64,000 nt of DNA from Chrysomallon squamiferum (lineage: Eukaryota > Animalia > Mollusca), in the NCBI GenBank assembly GCA_012295275.1, contig CM022668.1, positions 3,286,001 through 3,350,000 of the forward strand, written 5' to 3'. Under the pieces are notes generated by a model, which was not told the origin of the DNA, searched no databases, and saw only the letters and a program-made list of their open reading frames with translations. A program made the translations under genes and the position numbers. Shown here piece by piece: positions 58,898-64,000 of the stretch (its first letter is position 1; each line of letters starts with the position of its first letter).

Positions 58898-61800
58898 AAC
58901 TTTCAACACTTTAAGCAAAAGTAAATGTACATTTTATATTTGAGCTTGACTAAATCGAAATAGTATTTAAGTTGACAACAACAATGACTGACAGAAAGTT
59001 AAGTAAAAATCAGATTTATTAAAAAAAAAATCATAATCTGTATGCTAAGAGTAATCTTCCTAATTAAATAAATAAATAAATATGTAGTATCCACAGAGAA
59101 CAGGTAGGTTTATAAAAAAAAAAGATAAAAAAAAAGAAGTAATGATTAAAAAAGTATCCCCTATTGTTGCCTACCCTTTTCAAAGACACTTGTATAACAT
59201 TGTGTAACTCTGTTCCAATGATAGCAAACTTTATCATGGTATTTGAAGTGATGCCAAGTTGAGCACATGGTATCATTATTGCACCCTCTCTGGAAAGTCT
59301 GGGTGTTCGGGACCTTCGACCCTCATTAGCAATTATGTCATCCGCTGTAATCTCCAAGTCTGGAAATAGCGGGTCGTCATTATAAATAATCCGGTCGTAT
59401 TCTTCCACGCTGAAACTCACGGGAGAATTCCCGCCTTCTGGCTCGGGTCGTCTGCTACTGCTGTTTCTGCGGCCAGCAGACACCTTATTACTTTTTGTTT
59501 TGGGATTTTCCTCCCCATTATCATTTTTCTCCTTCGAAGATTTTTCTTTTTTCATTTTGGATTTTTTTGTTCCTTTTTTCTTTTTTGTTTTAGTTACACT
59601 CGATGAAAGAGTATCTAAAACATTTGAACAGCCGGATCCTTGAGATAAATCATGACTGGAGGCGTTCGATTCCTGTGACAGCTCAATGCTTGCAGTATAT
59701 TCCATTTCATCAACAGCAAATAGACTGTCTCCCATTTTGCAAGTTTCAAATTTACTGAAACTATTGTACTTTTAAATTCTTTCCACATTCGGATCGCAGT
59801 TCAGATTAAAAGTTTACATCGCACCAGAAAAACGTAAACGAATCAACAGTTCACAAGTTGAAAAGTTGGCTACCACAAATCTATAAATAAATCAAGTTAG
59901 CGGAGGGAAGAGCAGAAGGTAACGGCACAGCTGACTTTCTCCCGTCCGAGCCTAGCATTTCAGCTTTGCACGCATTCTTGGCGTTGCTTTCCATTTATGG
60001 TGAAGATGACGTCACTATACCCGCTCAGTGATTCAACCGAGTTTGTGAACAAGCTCTACTAGGTGTTCCCCGAAGTTAATGATAATTTAGATAAAGGGGC
60101 GTGGTTTTTATGTTTATTCTTTCAACTTTGCGATGTCCTAGATTCTTTAGGTGCATACACATATATTTTACTCGGGAAAATAAAATACATTTTTTCCTCT
60201 ACAGAAATAAATACATTATACCCTTGTTTACCAGCAATGAACATTAAATATACCTTGTAAAAATAAATAACAAAACTGCAAAAGAAAGGGTGATACATAA
60301 TATCAATAATATGATAAAGGTACCATCTTCATAATATTATCTGGTTCATTCACAAATATAATCAAGCTAACAGTTTAAAGAAACTTTACATAATCATATA
60401 CGTTGTTTGTATTTTACAGTGATCATACTGTAGGATGTACGAAACAACGTCGATAAGCAGAACAAATAATTGCAATTAAGCAACAATAAATTAATTAAGC
60501 TAATATGAACTACTCTGTTAGTACCACCAAATATGGTCAGAGCACAATCAACTGGTGCCCTTTCTATGTTACTATCTGCCTTGGCGTAAGAATACAAAGA
60601 AAGCGAGGCGACAAACAGGTGCGCTTTGAGGTGCAATAGGAATTTAACTTCAGGAGAAACAACGCCTTGTGTTAGTGAAAGGAGTGCCCATTTTTAAACG
60701 TAGATATTTCTCATTTTTCTGTAATGCATAGTTTGGCTCAATACACGTCTTATATTAATTTGATAACTAAACCCATCCTGAAGTCATTATTATGTAAAAT
60801 GAAATAGAATGCTTGTTTTGTAAAGTGTTTGTTAAAATAAAATAAACAGTCTTTGTTTCACATGAAATGTTCTGGTGAAGTCAGAGATTATAAGACTAGT
60901 TCTCTGTCCACACCAAACTTTTCTTAAGATCAACAGAAACATTTACACTGCCATTTCATATTTTCATTAAACAGTATATTCTAAGACCTGAAAATGTAGG
61001 CTACTTGTCTATATAATTTACTTAATTCTCTGTGTAGCTCTCTTTCACATTTGTTTTGTATATTTTGTATATATATATGTGTGTGTGTGTGTGTGTGGTT
61101 CTAAATATATATTTCATTTTACATATAATTTTTTGTAGGGATATAGGAAACATTTTGTGTTGTAATTAAAGATATAGCTAAATATCATTTTTACCGATGT
61201 AAGGATGGCTATAACTATGTGTAGTTTTACACGAATATCTCTCTGTATGAAAGTAATACTAATTAACAATGCAATTAATTACCTCAGTAACTCGTTTGTC
61301 AGCTGTTTCCAGTTTAGCGTTGGCTTCAGTAAGCGCTTCATTGACTTGGTCATAGTCGTTCTCGAGATTGGCGAATTTCTTCTGTAAATTGTTCAGGTCT
61401 TCTTCAATCTGACAAAACAAACAAAAAATGTTATTCAGTTGTTGTTGTTAATGATAACAGAACAAAGAAAATCGAGACAAAGAAGAAGTGAAAGAAAATG
61501 AAGGAAGGAAGAAATTGGATGAAAGAAAAAAGATAAGAAAAGAATAACAAATCTCATTATTATTAAAATCACTGGGGAAACAAGTCTTATGTTGAAAATG
61601 AATCGAGACGTCATTGCTTCAGCTTGACTTCACATTAAATTTGAGAATATAATTAAATGGAAAATTAAAATATAATGGTTAAAAATATAATTATGATATA
61701 TCTTCCTTTAAAAAGAAAAACAATGAACGAACTAAAGAAAGAAATTTTTATAATTTTTAAACAAATTTTATAGAAAGAAAAAACGCAACAGAAGTCAGAA

Positions 61801-62734
61801 AAATGGAATCTTTGCTTACAATTTACAAATATGAGATCAAAAATACGTCTGACCCCCCAAAAAAAAACAACAACCAAAAAACTAAAAAAAAGTAGTATAT
61901 TAATATATAATATTTAAATTTTCTTTCTTTTTTTCATTTTACAATCCACCGAAGAACGAAACAAATATTGTTTTGTTGGCACTGATTACTGGAGAAATTC
62001 GTACAGAAATGAAAGCCAAATACTTATACGTGAAAGTATCATATTTCAAGATGGCGCCATGTATGTTTTGCCAAGGACACCCGGCTTGGTTTTCCTTATC
62101 TTGCAAAATTTATGTATGGAAATATTATGTATGGAAATTAAGTTTCAAATACACACTAGAGTGTGTGTAATAAAAATCGTTTAATGATGACGGAGGTACT
62201 GAGCTAAATAACTTTTCATGAATTAGTCTTACACCCTCTTTTGATTTAGTTAAAGTTATATATTTATTTTTTGAAATACTGTTTGTAATTATGATATTTT
62301 GGTCTATAAGAAAATGGACTTACTTTGCTGAAGAAAATTTATAAATGGAGAATCTTTTTCATTTGTAAGATTATAAGATTATTATTATGCTGTCTTAAGA
62401 TTTTTCTCAACACACTTCTTTATTTCTAAAAACTGAACTCTGGACTCCTTTATCATATTATAAAATCTATATTTTTCAGTGAAATAGCTTATAATAAAAA
62501 AGCAACATTCAGTATTATTTAAGTGCCAAACATTAATTAACGAGCGACTTCATTTCACGTGCCCATTGCGTAGCATGCCCAGAAGCTTTACAAAGCGTGC
62601 CTTAAAACATTTTACTTTACCTTGGCTTTCTGTTCTTCTGTGTCTCTTAATTTCTGTTCCAGCTGCTCTGCTCTGTCAATAGCATTCTCCTTCTCCATCT
62701 TCATGGCCAACATCTTCTTTTTGATGGCATCCAT
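37888..62734 (-). CDS. Tm: Tropomyosin gene, 5' portion (exons 1-6 with alternatives); exons 7-9 not found in window
   Basis: Joined exons give [49 protein letters not shown]…[27 protein letters not shown]…[23 protein letters not shown]…[49 protein letters not shown]; exon sizes 114/126/134/118/71/76. Confidence 0.97.
38024..38099 (-). CDS. Tm: Tropomyosin alternative exon 6b [25 protein letters not shown]
   Basis: 76 nt, ttccag|…|gtaaga; paralogous to 6c. Confidence 0.9.
38673..38748 (-). CDS. Tm: Tropomyosin alternative exon 6a [25 protein letters not shown]
   Basis: Exactly 76 nt, ttgcag|…|gtaagc, same phases; LKSLEV.E aligns with MKSLEISE. Confidence 0.85.
41006..41076 (-). CDS. Tm: Tropomyosin alternative exon 5b [23 protein letters not shown]
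   Basis: 71 nt, tctcag|…|gtgagt. Confidence 0.9.
41145..41215 (-). CDS. Tm: Tropomyosin exon 5a (canonical) [23 protein letters not shown]
   Basis: 71 nt, attcag|…|gtaagt. Confidence 0.95.
44796..44913 (-). CDS. Tm: Tropomyosin alternative exon 4c [39 protein letters not shown]
   Basis: 118 nt, acatag|…|gtgacc. Confidence 0.93.
45537..45654 (-). CDS. Tm: Tropomyosin alternative exon 4b [39 protein letters not shown]
   Basis: 118 nt, caacag|…|gtgatt. Confidence 0.95.
46527..46644 (-). CDS. Tm: Tropomyosin alternative exon 4a [39 protein letters not shown]
   Basis: 118 nt, ccacag|…|gtatgt; perfect TACTAAC branch point at 46690-46696. Confidence 0.9.
50508..50641 (-). CDS. Tm: Tropomyosin constitutive exon 3
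   Basis: 134 nt, [44 protein letters not shown]; ctttag|…|gtgagg. Confidence 0.96.
55744..55893 (-). CDS. Tm: Tropomyosin alternative first exon 1b (short cytoplasmic-type isoform)
   Basis: [50 protein letters not shown]|gtaagg; phase 0, heptad pattern, second in-frame ATG at 55878. Confidence 0.85.
56137..56280 (-). promoter_or_regulatory. Putative exon-1b promoter elements: AP-1, E-box, CArG
   Basis: TGACTCA 56142-56148, TCACGTGA 56201-56208 and CCTTTTATGG 56271-56280, 250-390 bp upstream of the ATG. Confidence 0.5.
59175..59735 (-). CDS. Tm: Tropomyosin alternative first exon encoding a 187-aa low-complexity head (atypical Tm1-I/C-like)
   Basis: Longest non-repeat ORF in the window; aaaATGG start; ends SLKR|gtaggc in phase 0, compatible with exon 3; Ser/Lys-rich region followed by [25 protein letters not shown]. 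Confidence 0.85.
59881..60014 (-). promoter_or_regulatory. Putative promoter of the atypical first exon: MEF2-like site, CArG box, CRE
   Basis: CTATAAATAA 59881-59890, CCATTTATGG 59991-60000, TGACGTCA 60007-60014. Confidence 0.55.
61283..61408 (-). CDS. Tm: Tropomyosin exon 2
   Basis: 126 nt, [42 protein letters not shown]; tgtcag|…|gtaatt. Confidence 0.95.
62621..62734 (-). CDS. Tm: Tropomyosin exon 1a (long/muscle isoform start)
   Basis: 114 nt, [38 protein letters not shown]|gtaaag. Confidence 0.97.
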
Positions 62735-63386
62735 TTTGGTTGTTTAGTGCGAGAAATTGGCCACAACAAAAATCAAAAAGGAAAATCAGAAAAGCAGAAG
62801 GGAATGCCGAGAGCAAAACGTGAATAATCTGCAGACGAGAGCTATTTCCTTCAGCTGCTTTCAATAGCAATTCCTGGCTCTGCGATCGGACGACGAAAGG
62901 GAGACCTGTATTGCTCGGAGGTAAATCTTCCAAGTACTTGGAGGGTCAAACAAACAGGAATGCACAAGACAACCTATCAGAATTCGCCGAAGCAATTATA
63001 GTACAAGGGGATAGAGCGCGTCACCCTTCTACAAGATAGGGTTACCACCTTGTTTGGCAAAAGCAGAGAGTTCCAAAGACTATACTATGTTCTTTCGGTT
63101 TCTAGGGGCGCCAGGCTATCTTGCTACTTAAATGTTTTATCAATTTATTGAGCAGTTTTTATGTAACTTTGTTCTAAAAAATTAACAGTAATTCCAAGAG
63201 ATATCTTTTTAAAACTTGTTTGTTTAAGTATTAATATAAAATTGTATTATTATATTAATTGCTGGATGACCATTCCACCCTTTCAAGAAAGTGCGACCGA
63301 TGTTCCAACACAGTAATTCAGATATCTATGCGCCGTGAACATGGGATACCTTAGGTACACAATTATTAACCACTCAAAGTGATTTG

Positions 63387-63400
63387 GTTGCCATGGAAAC
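63387..63400. promoter_or_regulatory. RFX X-box match upstream of tropomyosin exon 1a
   Basis: GTTGCCATGGAAAC, one mismatch to the palindrome GTTGCCATGGCAAC. Confidence 0.45.
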
Positions 63401-63954
63401 TATTGTAATCTGCTTACATAGATGGCAGTATGTTACCTACTAGTGCCAGTTCTAGTGAGAATCTGCTGAAAGAACGTAATGAATATGATCCGGGAAGATC
63501 TGTTTTTGGCTGCCATGTTGCACCATGGTATGCCATCTGGGATGACCGAATCTTAAGCAACAAGTAACTTATAGGCATGTTAAAATTTTCTTATTCGGAC
63601 AGATGGAATCACATTTTAATATCTCGAGTTCGCTGCATAGGAGATTTAATTTCAGTCTTGTTGCACATTGCGTTCTGCAGTTTGGTCTTTTGGGGATATG
63701 GAATTCTAAAACGCAAAGCGGATTTTTTTAATAAATATCTCGTGGAGAAAGAAATCTTCGCTTAGAGTTCAGTAATATTACTGTCACTCTTGTGACTGAT
63801 AGAAAAACTGAAAGAAGGATTCACAGAATGATGAAAGAAAGCAAACGAACAAAAGCAATATCAAATTATAGCAATGCTTTGGACAAAAAATTAGCATCAT
63901 AAAACAGTATAATTATATTTAAACTTCTACAACTGCTACTACTATTTCTATCTC

Positions 63955-63998
<44 letters not shown>

Positions 63999-64000
63999 TC

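Noticed and set aside
62676-62933. 85-aa ORF overlapping the tropomyosin start
   Set aside because: It begins at a non-ATG codon, is out of frame with MDAIKKK, and covers the probable 5'UTR.

Overview
AT-rich, microsatellite-rich eukaryotic (molluscan) genomic DNA; the tropomyosin peptide is most like gastropod sequences as I recall them. A 200-N gap at 36880-37079 splits it in two. Left (1-36879): a birth-and-death cluster of secreted fibrinogen-related (FReD) genes without IgSF domains. It holds two intact copies (5560-8186 +, 33127-36030 -), one near-intact copy with extra N-terminal exons and a 12-nt microexon (19732-23816 +), one copy with two homopolymer frameshifts (781-3107 +), two pseudogenes, exon relics, segmental duplications, a 39-bp satellite and decayed Tigger and Tc1 transposons. 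Right (37080-64000): the 5' part of a minus-strand tropomyosin gene with three alternative N-termini and three mutually exclusive exon clusters (3x exon 4, 2x exon 5, 3x exon 6); exons 7-9 are not in the window. The strongest leads are (i) a 187-codon disordered first exon resembling the Drosophila atypical Tm1-I/C head and (ii) a competing docking-site/selector RNA base-pairing system around exon clusters 6 and 4. Gene models and pairings were derived by eye; no searches or folding programs were run.
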